Source of the DNA: a virus
Lineage: Duplodnaviria > Caudoviricetes
Reading direction: 5' to 3' (one strand)
Length of the DNA stretch: 64,000 nt
IMG/VR virus record: IMGVR_UViG_3300047400_000090
Location: 22,008 to 86,007 of that record
The notes beneath the pieces are model-generated. The model worked only from the letters and a program-made list of their open reading frames with translations, was not told the origin of the DNA and ran no database searches. Both the position numbers and the translations under genes were made by a program. Shown here in pieces: positions 8,010 to 17,800 of this stretch (position 1 is the first letter of the stretch; each line of letters starts with the position of its first letter).

Positions 8010-8245
8010 CCAAAAACCTCAATTGGCACCCCAGGGAAGTGATCCATTAAGTATGCCGTCCCAGTACCTGCTGCTGCACGCGCCGTCAGGTCGAGCCGTT
8101 GCGTGTAGGGATAAGTGGCCTCCGGTAGATCCGTGTAAAGGATAATTTGGTCAGCACGTCCGGGTGCCTTTATAACTACCGCTCTTGTGATTTCTAGTTT
8201 CATTTGAAGCCTACTACCTCCACCTTCCGCTGGCAATTTAGACAA
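8006..8245 (-). CDS. Hypothetical protein
   Basis: ORF track; overlaps its neighbours. Confidence 0.6.
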   Translation of the reverse strand: MSKLPAEGGGSRLQMKLEITRAVVIKAPGRADQIILYTDLPEATYPYTQRLDLTARAAAGTGTAYLMDHFPGVPIEVFG

Positions 8246-8660
8246 ACCGCCATATCGCCGCTAAGATTCCACCAGAGAGATTTAGCCCGGTCTTTAACCG
8301 CCTCTCCTGTGGGTTGCTGACCATCGTAATTGCGGCAGTGCTACCGTTATCGCGCAGAAATTGCGTTGCGCTTTGTCGGTCCCCGCAATAGACTACCTCT
8401 CCAGCGGGGAATTTGACCTTGCCGCATAGGTCGATGATTGAATCTTTTGAAACCTTAACTACTAGCCATTTGGCGTCACTGTCCCAGTTAGCAAGGGTTC
8501 CATCTCCAGCACCCCAGAGAAAGCCATGTAATCCCTTGCCGCAACTGTTAGACGGTTCCCAGTCTGGTGCCGAAACATCCCCAGAGGTAGGCCATTTGAA
8601 ACCGCCGGAAGACGTCATGTCTTTGGAACAAGTTCGCAGAACTAGTACGTGTTTTTCCAT
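8238..8660 (-). CDS. Conserved phage hypothetical protein (DUF7666-like, from memory)
   Basis: LRTC..DMTS.GGFKWP...APDW.P...CGKGLHG pattern. Confidence 0.65.
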   Translation of the reverse strand: MEKHVLVLRTCSKDMTSSGGFKWPTSGDVSAPDWEPSNSCGKGLHGFLWGAGDGTLANWDSDAKWLVVKVSKDSIIDLCGKVKFPAGEVVYCGDRQSATQFLRDNGSTAAITMVSNPQERRLKTGLNLSGGILAAIWRFV

Positions 8661-8672
8661 TTCATTTATCCT

Positions 8673-9743
8673 TTAGAAATTCGCCTCTTTGAGAATCTTA
8701 CCTGCCGCCTTGTCTAGCTTGGTACGCTCATCAGCGTAGGGAATCGACTGGGAATACCTTGTTACCCCCTGAGCGAAACCCCAAACCGTGCGAGGGTCAC
8801 CATCCTCATCCTCGCGTACCGCCTCATAACTGGCATCTAACGCCTTGCGAGTTAAACCAAGGCTACGCTTGCCAAAGAGGGTATCTAAAACCTCTTCTTT
8901 GGTAGCCGCAATCAGCGCCGTCTTGGACCGTTCGATCTGGCCCTCTAGGTCGGACACCGATGCGTCTAACCACTTATTGGCTTGTACTGCCATGAGGCTA
9001 AAGCGGTTACGTACCGATCCAACGTGACGCAGTGATACGTCCATCACTTCAGAAGCACCCCAAATAATATGGTTGCCACATAGCTCTCTGTAGAGAAACT
9101 TAGTCAACTTTAGCGCCGAAGCACCCACTTCGCTATTCTCGACAATGACGCCTTTCCACATCGGGCTATCGGTTCCTGCCTCATTTACTGACCGATTATT
9201 AGCTCGTAAGAACACAAACATGTCATGGTCTGAGGCATAGAGCGCCGGGAAGTCGCCTAGTGACTTGCGAATGTCAGGACGCGCCGGTTCCCAGCCCTTA
9301 GCCTGCCAGTCTAGCAATCGCTCAGCCACCTCGTGGTTCCAAATTCGCTCGTAACCCGATCCGGTAAAGGCGCGGAGTAGCAGGCTGCCATTAGCGTGGA
9401 ATAGCAGTCGCGCCGTGGCGTCTTGTGCGTGCTTAGCTAATCCATGGTTTAGGTTCTGTACTGCCAGGGTAGCGGGGAGGTCGCGGAGGTAGGACGCTGG
9501 TGCGCCGATGCGGCTTGCCAACTGGCCGAATGCCCAATTGGTTAGCCGTGCGGGAATTCCCGCCTTGCCGGTGAGAATAACATCGCCGTCTTGTGCCTCA
9601 GCACGAATATCAGAGTAGGTTAATTCCTTCTCTCGTGCTTGCTCAGCGTAGTGCTTGGTGTCGGCGTGCAGTTTCTCAAGCGAAGCATAGCGTTCATCGG
9701 AAGGGCGATTCTTCCATTGGTTGTGCGCCTTAAAGAGTTCCAT
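8673..9743 (-). CDS. DUF932-like phage/plasmid protein
   Basis: LTNWAFGQLASRIGAPASYL, LYASDHDMF, NSEVG, CGNHIIWG and RH motifs. Confidence 0.75.
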   Translation of the reverse strand: MELFKAHNQWKNRPSDERYASLEKLHADTKHYAEQAREKELTYSDIRAEAQDGDVILTGKAGIPARLTNWAFGQLASRIGAPASYLRDLPATLAVQNLNHGLAKHAQDATARLLFHANGSLLLRAFTGSGYERIWNHEVAERLLDWQAKGWEPARPDIRKSLGDFPALYASDHDMFVFLRANNRSVNEAGTDSPMWKGVIVENSEVGASALKLTKFLYRELCGNHIIWGASEVMDVSLRHVGSVRNRFSLMAVQANKWLDASVSDLEGQIERSKTALIAATKEEVLDTLFGKRSLGLTRKALDASYEAVREDEDGDPRTVWGFAQGVTRYSQSIPYADERTKLDKAAGKILKEANF

Positions 9744-9809
9744 TTTAATCTCCTACCCTACTGTGCTTTGGCTAGCCACCGTGGGTTACTTGTCTATCGG
9801 AACAGTACT

Positions 9810-9838
9810 ACCTTACTACTAAAAACTGTTATTGTCAA
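9810..9838 (-). promoter_or_regulatory. sigma70-type promoter
   Basis: TTGACA-17 bp-TAAGGT upstream of the DUF932-like gene. Confidence 0.7.
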
Positions 9839-9842
9839 TACC

Positions 9843-10115
9843 CTACTGCGAATTATTTTCGTCACTAAAAATAAGTGGATTGGGTGCGACGATAGCCTCA
9901 TGCGAGCCTGGATACAGAACCCGTACCCGTAGCGGATTATCCCCAAAAGAGCTAGCCTTTAGAAAATCGGCGAAGGTACGCGCCAACTGTACTGAATTTA
10001 CCGGTTCATATCGACTAGTTTCCTCATTGTAACCGTAGAGGCAATAACTACCAGACTCATTCGGCTTGAGAATGTAGTGATAGTTCCAGTCTAGTGCAAT
10101 CTTTAATTGGGTCAT
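9843..10115 (-). CDS. Hypothetical protein
   Basis: ORF track. Confidence 0.55.
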   Translation of the reverse strand: MTQLKIALDWNYHYILKPNESGSYCLYGYNEETSRYEPVNSVQLARTFADFLKASSFGDNPLRVRVLYPGSHEAIVAPNPLIFSDENNSQ

Positions 10116-10124
10116 GGATTGATT

Positions 10125-10325
10125 TTACCTGTTGCGGATTCTGGTCAGTAGATCATTGAGCAAGACTAAAGAATTGAATACGTGGTTCTGTTTTGCCGCA
10201 TCACTCTCTTGCTCCTCGTAGTCGCGCTGTTCCGAGTCCCAACAGTACTCTACAAGCGACTGCAACGCCTCAACTTCTTGTTCTGTTAGTGTAATCTTTA
10301 GTTGGTTCATAGTTTTCCTCGACAT
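10125..10325 (-). CDS. Hypothetical protein
   Basis: ORF track; start may be the second Met. Confidence 0.6.
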   Translation of the reverse strand: MSRKTMNQLKITLTEQEVEALQSLVEYCWDSEQRDYEEQESDAAKQNHVFNSLVLLNDLLTRIRNR

Positions 10326-10657
10326 GCTTTGCAGTACTCAAAGGTGTAGATATCCCTGTAGGTATCGAGACACTTATCACACTTAAAATACCCGTAATGG
10401 TCGCGGTACTCATAGATCGGATCTAGCATCCAATCACTAATACCACAATCTTCCAGTGTTGGCCGACTGTAAAACCCAATACCTAGCCGATCCTGTATCG
10501 CCGTAGCTTCGCGGTAGAGGTCGAAATAATCCTTGCCGCCGCCAAACTCCCCAATAACCCTAGACCGTTGCTGACAGTAGGCACGTAGCAGGTCGAAAAC
10601 GGTACTGATTTGGTTTGTCGATAGATCGCTCATGGCTTGATCCTGTAGTACTTCCAT
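10307..10657 (-). CDS. Hypothetical protein with C-terminal CxxC...CxxC
   Basis: CDKC...CKAC. Confidence 0.6.
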   Translation of the reverse strand: MEVLQDQAMSDLSTNQISTVFDLLRAYCQQRSRVIGEFGGGKDYFDLYREATAIQDRLGIGFYSRPTLEDCGISDWMLDPIYEYRDHYGYFKCDKCLDTYRDIYTFEYCKACRGKL

Positions 10658-10739
10658 TTCCCGCTAACCATACGTCGATACTGGTTAGAGTTAGCGAAAC
10701 CGCCGTCGCGGTAGAATTGCGCTTTGGTTATCTCCATGG

Positions 10740-11105
10740 CTATTTAACCCGAACCAAGTCAACCCTCTCAGAGTAATACCCGTTACTACATCCGTACCAG
10801 CGTAGGGTTACGCTACCCTTGATTGTGGCAAGCCTATAGAACGTCCATGTAAAAGAATCCTCATAATACCCGCCCTTGGGATTTTCCCTTGAGGTTTCCG
10901 CATAAGCCACAAGTAGCGGACTACCAATAAGATCCTGTAATTCGCCTACAATATCTTCTAGGCGAACCGACTCGCAGCAATCTTGCTCGTGGAACATCTT
11001 GTAGACTTCGCCGTCACTGGTCGTAAATACTAACTCGTGCGAGTCTTTACCGCCGTCAATGCCGGTTAGGGTTTTACCTTTTATTTCTGAAATGTTGATT
11101 GCCAT
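10740..11105 (-). CDS. Conserved phage hypothetical protein (DUF7448-like, from memory)
   Basis: HEQDCCESV...WTFYRLAT...RWYGCSNGYYSE. Confidence 0.7.
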   Translation of the reverse strand: MAINISEIKGKTLTGIDGGKDSHELVFTTSDGEVYKMFHEQDCCESVRLEDIVGELQDLIGSPLLVAYAETSRENPKGGYYEDSFTWTFYRLATIKGSVTLRWYGCSNGYYSERVDLVRVK

Positions 11106-11107
11106 GA

Positions 11108-11374
11108 CTACTTACCTACTCTTGGGATTACAACGTCGTGAATGTACTGCTTAGCCGCCTCTAGGCTATCGCACCCTGGAATACACCCTGAGTATGAATC
11201 CTCAGAATTGCAACCAAAGCTACACGTAAAATTCCACACGGGAGCATAGACTGAACCGATCCATCCCGGACGCAAGTGTAGCCAGACACACCCACGTCCC
11301 ACCTTGATTCGGTAACACTCTAGCGGTTTCTCACCGGCGGTCCATTCCGCCTCTTCCCATTGTCCTAGCTTCAT
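11108..11374 (-). CDS. Hypothetical protein
   Basis: ORF track; ATGA coupling. Confidence 0.6.
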   Translation of the reverse strand: MKLGQWEEAEWTAGEKPLECYRIKVGRGCVWLHLRPGWIGSVYAPVWNFTCSFGCNSEDSYSGCIPGCDSLEAAKQYIHDVVIPRVGK

Positions 11375-12060
11375 GCCTCTACCCCCTTGATTGTTACCAG
11401 TCGCGCCGGTTGGCGTCGCAATGGACCATGGACCGGGAACCCAATAATGACCTCTCTATCCCGCCACGCGCATAGCTTACATGACTCACACGTTACCCCC
11501 TCGTGGGAGATAGCAGGGCAAACTACTACCCGCCGTCCGCTGGGTGTAACCTCACCCTTAGACTGTTCCGGTAATACCACAACTACCGGTGCGATCCCTA
11601 GATCCTTTAAGGTGTCCGCTTGTTCCAGGGTATCGGCGGATAGATTAACCGTAAACCCGCGCTTGTTAGCCATTAGCACGGCTAGGGCATTGGTGTTTTC
11701 GGTATGATTCAATCCTGTTACCGGCTTATGAGTGTAGGTAAACCCCCGCTTTCCCTCATTCGCCTTGACAATGGCGTTTAGCGCCACCGTATCGATTTTC
11801 TCGTCTTTACCGGGTAAGTCCCCCGCTTGATTGTGCCGCCATAGCTGACCATGAGGCAATGCCGCGACCTTAGCCGTGAAGTCTTCTAGGGATAATCCGC
11901 CGTCATTCACCTTACGCCAATGGATAGCCAATGGTCCGGCTTTAGCGTAGCATCTATCCCGCGATCCGCACGACTCGGGGCAAGAGTCGCCGCTAGTAGT
12001 CGATACTGGAATAGGTCCAGTCTTAACGTTAGCCGACTTGAGTGTTAGATGGTAGTTCAC
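11371..12060 (-). CDS. Cys-rich conserved phage protein (DUF7227/gp88-like)
   Basis: N.KTGPIPVST...SCPESC...CYA, RHNQAGDL, YTH, VCPA...CESCKLC and GFPVHG. Confidence 0.7.
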   Translation of the reverse strand: MNYHLTLKSANVKTGPIPVSTTSGDSCPESCGSRDRCYAKAGPLAIHWRKVNDGGLSLEDFTAKVAALPHGQLWRHNQAGDLPGKDEKIDTVALNAIVKANEGKRGFTYTHKPVTGLNHTENTNALAVLMANKRGFTVNLSADTLEQADTLKDLGIAPVVVVLPEQSKGEVTPSGRRVVVCPAISHEGVTCESCKLCAWRDREVIIGFPVHGPLRRQPARLVTIKGVEA

Positions 12061-12260
12061 TTTATGCCTCTCTTTCGTAGCTCCGCGCCGTGAAAGCGTA
12101 GTTCAATTTGATGTTCTATCCCGTTATCTGCCACTACTTGAAAGATCGGCGGTAGTGAATCAGGATCTAGAAGGATGTTTTGTACTGCCTTAGCGGCATT
12201 ATACGCGCTAGTCGCATCTATATCAATAGCGTAGGTAACGCGGTAGTTCTTTAGTTCCAT
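12057..12260 (-). CDS. Hypothetical protein
   Basis: Likely start MELKNY within the track ORF 12057-12359. Confidence 0.55.
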   Translation of the reverse strand: MELKNYRVTYAIDIDATSAYNAAKAVQNILLDPDSLPPIFQVVADNGIEHQIELRFHGAELRKRGIK

Positions 12261-12422
12261 GGACTCTTCCCATCCTTTAGTGACTCGTGCAACTCTGCCA
12301 TTGCGTCTACTGTGTCCGCGCCGTCTGCGTCCATGTCCTGATCTGTAAGCCATGAGCATCGCGCCTCAAGCCGTTTGGCAATCTCTTTTCGCGCCATAAT
12401 GGCGGATACTTCGCTAGTGGTT

Positions 12423-12980
12423 TTAGGCATTTGCCGTTACCCCCATCTCTAGCGCCGGTAGCTTGACTGCTACGGCTAAGTGTCGCGGTTTTAGCCGATA
12501 CAGGCTATAGTTCCCGCTAATAGCCCATACCTTACCATCCTCAATCCGCACAACCTTAACCGGACCATTGGTCCGATACCCTGGCAACTCGTAATAGTCG
12601 CCAATAGCCACCTTAGCCGCCATGGTTCGCGCCTTGCGTGCCTTATTGCGCTTGTCGGCGTGGTACTGGTAGACCTTGTCGCGCCATTCTTGGCTAGTTA
12701 CCGGTGCCATATCCAAAAACCTGATCGGACAATCGTAATAGTAAGGGTGCATGGATTCGTCCATGTCTTTGTAAGACCATTCGCCGCCGTGTTTTTCTAG
12801 CAGGTCGAAAGCGATAAAACGGCGAAATGTCCCATCTTCGCCTTTAGTCGATTCCAGGACGCGCCATAATCCCTTACCCCCTACGTGGTGCGCTATCGTC
12901 TTGCCGTAATAGTCACTTCGCAAGAAGTCTGCAATTACGTCTTGTTTCGTAACCCATCGCTCGCATGAAGTCCACCCCAT
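12423..12980 (-). CDS. Conserved hypothetical protein (DUF6927-like, from memory)
   Basis: WSYKDMDESMHPYYYDCP motif; GGAG SD. Confidence 0.7.
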   Translation of the reverse strand: MGWTSCERWVTKQDVIADFLRSDYYGKTIAHHVGGKGLWRVLESTKGEDGTFRRFIAFDLLEKHGGEWSYKDMDESMHPYYYDCPIRFLDMAPVTSQEWRDKVYQYHADKRNKARKARTMAAKVAIGDYYELPGYRTNGPVKVVRIEDGKVWAISGNYSLYRLKPRHLAVAVKLPALEMGVTANA

Positions 12981-13286
12981 ATCCCATCTCCTTTGATTGT
13001 AATAACTTAGCTAATAACGCTTACTCAAGCCTAATGGTAGCTTACGAGATCGGCGAAAGCTAACCCATAACGCCTACTACAGGGCAAGTGTTATTAACTA
13101 AACTCATTAGAATCAATAGCCTAGACTGGTAAAGCTAAGCTGAAGCTAGAAGTTTAGTTCTGGACTAATTACTGAGTGCTAGGTACAGTAGTACCACGGC
13201 TAGGGCAAGTAGTCCAGTATCGCGTAAGGCTTCGCGTAGTCGCCGTCGCCGGTCGATCCGCCGGTATAGTTCGCGTAGGTCGTGGT

Positions 13287-13787
13287 TCATTGTGCTAACT
13301 CCCTTAGTTGCTCTATCTCGGACGGGCTAAAGAATAGCCGCGCTTGCCGCGCTTGCTCGTTGCAAGCCTCAAAGGTCGCATAAGCCTTGCGGCTATCAGT
13401 GTCGCATCCAAAGTCGCTACACCATGCCGCGAAGTCGCCGTCTATGTCCCAAGTAAGGCATGACAAAACATCGTAGGCGGTAGGCGTGCGCTTGTAATCA
13501 TCGCGTACCCTTAGGTTATGTTCCTCATCTAAGTAACTATTCCAGAAGTCTACGGTTAGAGTATCTTTATAGCCTACTTGTGGCATTTGGTAAGTTCTAT
13601 TGAAGATACCGGCGTAATGCTTGCCATGGATGTGGACCTTGCGCGGGTAGACTCCCAGCTTGTCGATATGCTTGCCCTTGTGTTCGCAGTACATGGGACA
13701 ATCATTCCCAATTGGCACCGCTTGGAAGGTAACGCCGATAGACTTTAGGTAGTCATTAACCGGCGTGTTGTAGTCGTATTGTGGCAT
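13287..13787 (-). CDS. Hypothetical protein
   Basis: PTAYDVLSCL...FAAWCSDFGCDTDSRKA, a pattern common in small phage proteins. Confidence 0.7.
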   Translation of the reverse strand: MPQYDYNTPVNDYLKSIGVTFQAVPIGNDCPMYCEHKGKHIDKLGVYPRKVHIHGKHYAGIFNRTYQMPQVGYKDTLTVDFWNSYLDEEHNLRVRDDYKRTPTAYDVLSCLTWDIDGDFAAWCSDFGCDTDSRKAYATFEACNEQARQARLFFSPSEIEQLRELAQ

Positions 13788-13800
13788 GGTTATACCGCCC

Positions 13801-14004
13801 CTACTTCACACTGACCAAGTAACCGTCTTTCATAATCCCTTGGGCATACCACGCATGAGGCGCGGGATAATGCGGTCCCTCAAGCGTAATCGGTCCATTC
13901 TCTGGTACACGTCCAAAGCCCGGAGCATAGCACGTTTCGCGCTTACCCGCCTTAATCGCATCCTTAAGCGACTTCTTAGTCTTGTAATTCGTGTGAGTGT
14001 ACAT
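13801..14004 (-). CDS. Hypothetical protein
   Basis: MYTHTNYKTKKSLKDAI...LEGPHYPAPHAWYA; GAGG SD. Confidence 0.7.
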   Translation of the reverse strand: MYTHTNYKTKKSLKDAIKAGKRETCYAPGFGRVPENGPITLEGPHYPAPHAWYAQGIMKDGYLVSVK

Positions 14005-14076
14005 GGTTTTATGTTTCCTCTGTGTGGGATAGTGTCCCATAGTTCCCATTGGTTGTCAATAGGGAACTACGCGATA

Positions 14077-14292
14077 CTAGCCTTTACGGATAGCAGCTAT
14101 AGATTCGCTTGCCCAAACTACCCTAGGGTTATGCCTTGGGTGTTTCCGTTCCAGTGTCGCACGTTCTAACAGGCGTGCCTTGAATCGCTCGTTTTCCTCA
14201 CTGGCGCACTGATAGCAGGGTATCATATCGGCGGTAACTCCTACCCGTTGACTGAGTAACGGGTTAAATGTTCGCTTGTGATTGCATGCCAT
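14077..14292 (-). CDS. Hypothetical protein
   Basis: ORF track. Confidence 0.55.
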   Translation of the reverse strand: MACNHKRTFNPLLSQRVGVTADMIPCYQCASEENERFKARLLERATLERKHPRHNPRVVWASESIAAIRKG

Positions 14293-14295
14293 GGG

Positions 14296-14868
14296 TTAAG
14301 CCTCACTTTCGTCTGACTCAAAGGTTAGTACAATATCAAGATCGGCCTGTAACTCTGGAGTCAATAGGTCCAAAGAATCTCCGTTCAAATCCTTGGCATA
14401 GATACCATGCCCTAGCTTGTCGCTAGCGTTAGGACCATTAGGCCGAAACCCGTAAGACTCACAGAATAACTCGTTTTCCGTCCACGCGTCCGTGTCTGGA
14501 GTCTCGATTGTCTTCCATCGTAGAAACGTAGGCGCTAGCCTACCCTTAGGGTAGTCTTCAGGGTATCGCTCGAAACGTTCCCCTACTCCACAGTGTTCCG
14601 TAGCAGCCAGTACACTATCGTCAATCACAATTTTGACGTGTTCGCGCCGATAACCGTATTCCTTGCGTAATTCTTCGATTGTTTCGCTAGCTTCAGGCAT
14701 GAATTCGTCTTCAGAGATGGAGTAGGCGTCTTCCCATGATTTGGCGCGAACTATCCCAAGAATCCCCATTGAATCCCGATGTACGAATATCTTCCCATCG
14801 TCATAGTCCCAGTCGTCATACACTGGTATCTCAAATCCGTTTCGTGTTGCCTTTAGTAATGCTCCCAT
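14296..14868 (-). CDS. Hypothetical protein
   Basis: ORF track; acidic; poly-G SD. Confidence 0.7.
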   Translation of the reverse strand: MGALLKATRNGFEIPVYDDWDYDDGKIFVHRDSMGILGIVRAKSWEDAYSISEDEFMPEASETIEELRKEYGYRREHVKIVIDDSVLAATEHCGVGERFERYPEDYPKGRLAPTFLRWKTIETPDTDAWTENELFCESYGFRPNGPNASDKLGHGIYAKDLNGDSLDLLTPELQADLDIVLTFESDESEA

Positions 14869-14878
14869 TGCCCCCCCC

Positions 14879-15163
14879 CTAGTGGACTAGTCCCAACCAG
14901 TCGCCTTGTTCTGAGATATCGCCACACGCCAACCAAAGTACCGTTTCAGCTAGGCGCGTATCGCTGAAACCTGCTAATTCTTCAGGGGGCCATGCTCCGT
15001 ACTCTCTCAGAAACCCTATCGCCAATTGGCGCGGTACACTAAAGTCTAACTTAGTACGCCAAAACTCTACATCGGCGTCACATTGTCCGCTATGGTGGCA
15101 ATCCGCCACGCAATCCGCCGGTATTTCACCTTGTAACCATCCGTGTTTATCGAACCATTCCAT
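14879..15163 (-). CDS. Hypothetical protein
   Basis: ORF track; C.HSGQCDADV...LWLACGDI. Confidence 0.7.
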   Translation of the reverse strand: MEWFDKHGWLQGEIPADCVADCHHSGQCDADVEFWRTKLDFSVPRQLAIGFLREYGAWPPEELAGFSDTRLAETVLWLACGDISEQGDWLGLVH

Positions 15164-15165
15164 GA

Positions 15166-15438
15166 TTAGTTATCCCCCTTCCAGACGTACAAGTGATAAT
15201 GCGCTGTTCCCTTGGGTGGCCGATAGGTATTAGCTTGTACCACGTTGACGTATTGCATCTCGGAACGCGAACGCACCATAGCCTCTACTGCGTCAATATC
15301 TTCTGGCTTACATGCCCATCCGCATCGAGAGTACCCACCCGTAGCGCCGCCCCATCCGCTTAGGAATTTATCTCGCCCTACTACCGCCCAAGTATGGGTT
15401 AGGAGTTGTTCCAGCGTCCGATCATCTTTGATAATCAT
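15166..15438 (-). CDS. Hypothetical protein
   Basis: DDRT.EQ..TH...VVGRDKFLSGWG.A.GG.S..GWAC pattern. Confidence 0.7.
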   Translation of the reverse strand: MIIKDDRTLEQLLTHTWAVVGRDKFLSGWGGATGGYSRCGWACKPEDIDAVEAMVRSRSEMQYVNVVQANTYRPPKGTAHYHLYVWKGDN

Positions 15439-15635
15439 GCCTCATTCTCCAATTCTTGACAATCGCAGTACTCCCCTACTTCTACCTCACATCCACACTC
15501 GAAACAAGGCACATACTTGACCCATTGCTCCCGTTCTTTGTCCCAAGTTTTACCGCTATTGGGACAGCCAGTCTCATGGCAAAAGACGCCTTGAATCATG
15601 GCCGCTTGGCAAGAATCGCACGCTCTGTTAGTCAT
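15435..15635 (-). CDS. Small Cys-rich hypothetical protein
   Basis: CDSCQAAMIQGVFCHETGCPN; ATGA coupling. Confidence 0.7.
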   Translation of the reverse strand: MTNRACDSCQAAMIQGVFCHETGCPNSGKTWDKEREQWVKYVPCFECGCEVEVGEYCDCQELENEA

Positions 15636-15943
15636 ACTGCAAACTCCATTTCAGCGTCTAATTCCAGTGCCGATTGTTTCGCTTGTTCCAGCGTAGGGTA
15701 CACGTCCCAGTCAGTACAGTCTAAGTACCCTGGTGCCGATAATCGCACGCCATAACCTTTGACTATTTCGTAGTTTTCAGGCTTCCCGGGATAGTACGCT
15801 CGCAAGTAATTAAACTGGGACTCATAATTCCAAATCAGGAAATTTCGGTCAATATCGACCATCGGCACGTTAAAAATCCCCTGATTGCCGTCTATCGCTA
15901 GCCAACGTTGCTTTTCTGTTACTTGTGATTGCATGAATGACAT
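15632..15943 (-). CDS. Hypothetical protein
   Basis: GYGVRLSAPGYLDCTDW. Confidence 0.7.
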   Translation of the reverse strand: MSFMQSQVTEKQRWLAIDGNQGIFNVPMVDIDRNFLIWNYESQFNYLRAYYPGKPENYEIVKGYGVRLSAPGYLDCTDWDVYPTLEQAKQSALELDAEMEFAV

Positions 15944-15954
15944 TGCCGTGTCTC

Positions 15955-16356
15955 CTATCGCGTTTTCCGCGTAACTGATTGATAAATCGACAGTTGTTCG
16001 TCTTCCGTGAACCCATACAAGTGGTAGCTGTAGCTTGTTTCGCTGCTATCGCTTGGGTTTCTCTTAGGGTACGCACAGTACCAGACACCAGGATAGAAGA
16101 ATGACGCCGATGGTTCAACGCCTTGACTTAACAGACACTCACGGGCGATATCGACCGAACTATCGTAATCGTCCTCAGTGCAATCATACCCGATTAGGTT
16201 AGGGTCGAAGTCGAAGTCAGTTTTACCCGGTAACATCGGGTAGTGATTACCGCTAAAATCAGCATAGCCATGCTCGGACGGTTCTCCATGTTCCGCCGAT
16301 TCAGGTGTTACTACCTGATACGTTCTCAAGATGTACTTAGTCATTGAACCCTCCAT
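15955..16356 (-). CDS. Hypothetical protein
   Basis: VVTPESAEHGE...WYC...YSYHLYGFT; start probably MTKY at 16344. Confidence 0.7.
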   Translation of the reverse strand: MEGSMTKYILRTYQVVTPESAEHGEPSEHGYADFSGNHYPMLPGKTDFDFDPNLIGYDCTEDDYDSSVDIARECLLSQGVEPSASFFYPGVWYCAYPKRNPSDSSETSYSYHLYGFTEDEQLSIYQSVTRKTR

Positions 16357-16365
16357 CCTACATAA

Positions 16366-16626
16366 CTACCCTCTGTAGTCTGTTTCAAACGTCCTGTAGT
16401 CTGTTTCAATCGTAACTAGCTTAGTTGATAACCTTGCCAGTCGCTCCGCTCTGTGGATATCTCCACGAGATACCGCTGATCCAAAGTCTACCGACAAGAT
16501 ATCTCTCAGTAGAGCGATATCTTCATGGTCTAGAGTATTTCTATTACCGCATGCGTTTATAGCTGCTAGTATCTCACCAGGTGAGTACTCTACTGCCATG
16601 TCTTCCATCACTTCAAGTAGTACCAT
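16366..16626 (-). CDS. Hypothetical protein, first gene of the leftward early operon
   Basis: GGAGG SD; flanked by 16-bp direct repeats. Confidence 0.6.
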   Translation of the reverse strand: MVLLEVMEDMAVEYSPGEILAAINACGNRNTLDHEDIALLRDILSVDFGSAVSRGDIHRAERLARLSTKLVTIETDYRTFETDYRG

Positions 16627-16765
16627 CGAACTGTTCCTCCTACATAACTACCCTGTATCCCAAGGTACTTAGGTAGAACCATAGCACTTATAGCTATGTT
16701 TGGTCCTAGATCGTCCTATTTAGTCCAGATTGGCCCTCAGTTTTCGGCCAACATTGGCAATTCCA

Positions 16766-16794
16766 GTTATACAGCACTAGCAGGGGGATTGCAA
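16766..16794 (-). promoter_or_regulatory. Strong sigma70-type early promoter
   Basis: TTGCAA-17 bp-TATAAC heading the leftward gene string. Confidence 0.7.
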
Positions 16795-17269
16795 GCGGTT
16801 TTCACACCGGCAAACGTGAAGAATTAGGCCATGAAAGATAGCAAAAATCGTCCAAATCGGCCACGCGATACCCTGAAACGGTACGAATTGACCGGTATGC
16901 TTGGATCAATTCGCCAATATTCGCGTCTACCCGATCCCCCAAGGCGTCAAAACTCCGCGTTGAACACTCGCTAACAAAGTTAATCGTCATTTTCCCATCT
17001 CCCTATCTTGTTGAAAACAAAGAACCAAAATGCCCTTTTCTCGTTTTAGGCAAATTGCAAGTACTAACAGGACGGCTAGCGGTAGAGTCTAACGTATTCC
17101 TCAGTGATATTGCAGTTCGATAAGACGATCCATTGGGACACTTTGCCCTAGGCTATCGCTTATATCTGGGGCCCACAAGGTATCCTTACTGCTACCGCGT
17201 CGCCGTGCCTTACTTACACTCCCATCATGCCCTAGATACGTTCCAGTGTCAAGTGGTTTTACATACGTC

Positions 17270-17800
17270 TATATATCTCATGTATTTTCTGCATCTTGTG
17301 CGTCTTATGTACCTGCTATCTCTTATGTACTTACATGTCTTTATGTATCGACATAATGGCGCAACTGAAGGGCCAAAGTTAGGCGGAGAGGGTATGGTGG
17401 CTTCAGTGGTGGTGGGGTGGAGAGGGCAAGCCCCAACATGCGTAGAAAAATAAAAATTAAAAAATCATGCAGAATCAACAACTTACTCGGCCTACCTGAC
17501 AAATCAGTAAAACCATAAAGCACATAAAGAAATATGTTTACATAAAGCACATAATTGGCATGAGAACCAGTAAGGTATACAAATAGGATTATGCACTTAT
17601 GTAAGATGCAGTAAGTTATGTAAGTTATTTGAAAGACATAAAGACAATAAAGAACATAGAGGCTAGTGGTAGGGATTGGAGGAGTAGGGAGATAGTTTAT
17701 TGGGCAGTAGGGGTTATGGTCTATATGGGGGATAAGTAGCCATGGGTGATAGCGGCGAGGGCGGCAAAATCCACGGAAGTTAGCGGCGGTTGACGAGGTT
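17270..17800. repeat. Low-complexity region with TTATGT/ACATAA repeats and a strand-skew switch
   Basis: TTATGT repeats near 17315-17346 and 17597-17611; ACATAA repeats near 17522-17554 and 17636; pyrimidine-rich to the left, purine/G-rich to the right. Confidence 0.6.
17473..17485 (+). promoter_or_regulatory. IHF consensus site
   Basis: AATCAACAACTTA matches WATCAANNNNTTR exactly and is preceded by an A-tract (17445-17464). Confidence 0.55.

Noticed and set aside
13183-13208. Possible promoter TTGCCC-17-TACCTA
   Set aside because: Poor consensus, and it lies within a small membrane-peptide ORF ending near 13165.
17133-17550. ORFs in the low-complexity region
   Set aside because: Their repetitive YLM/LMY content comes from the TTATGT repeats; no SD support.
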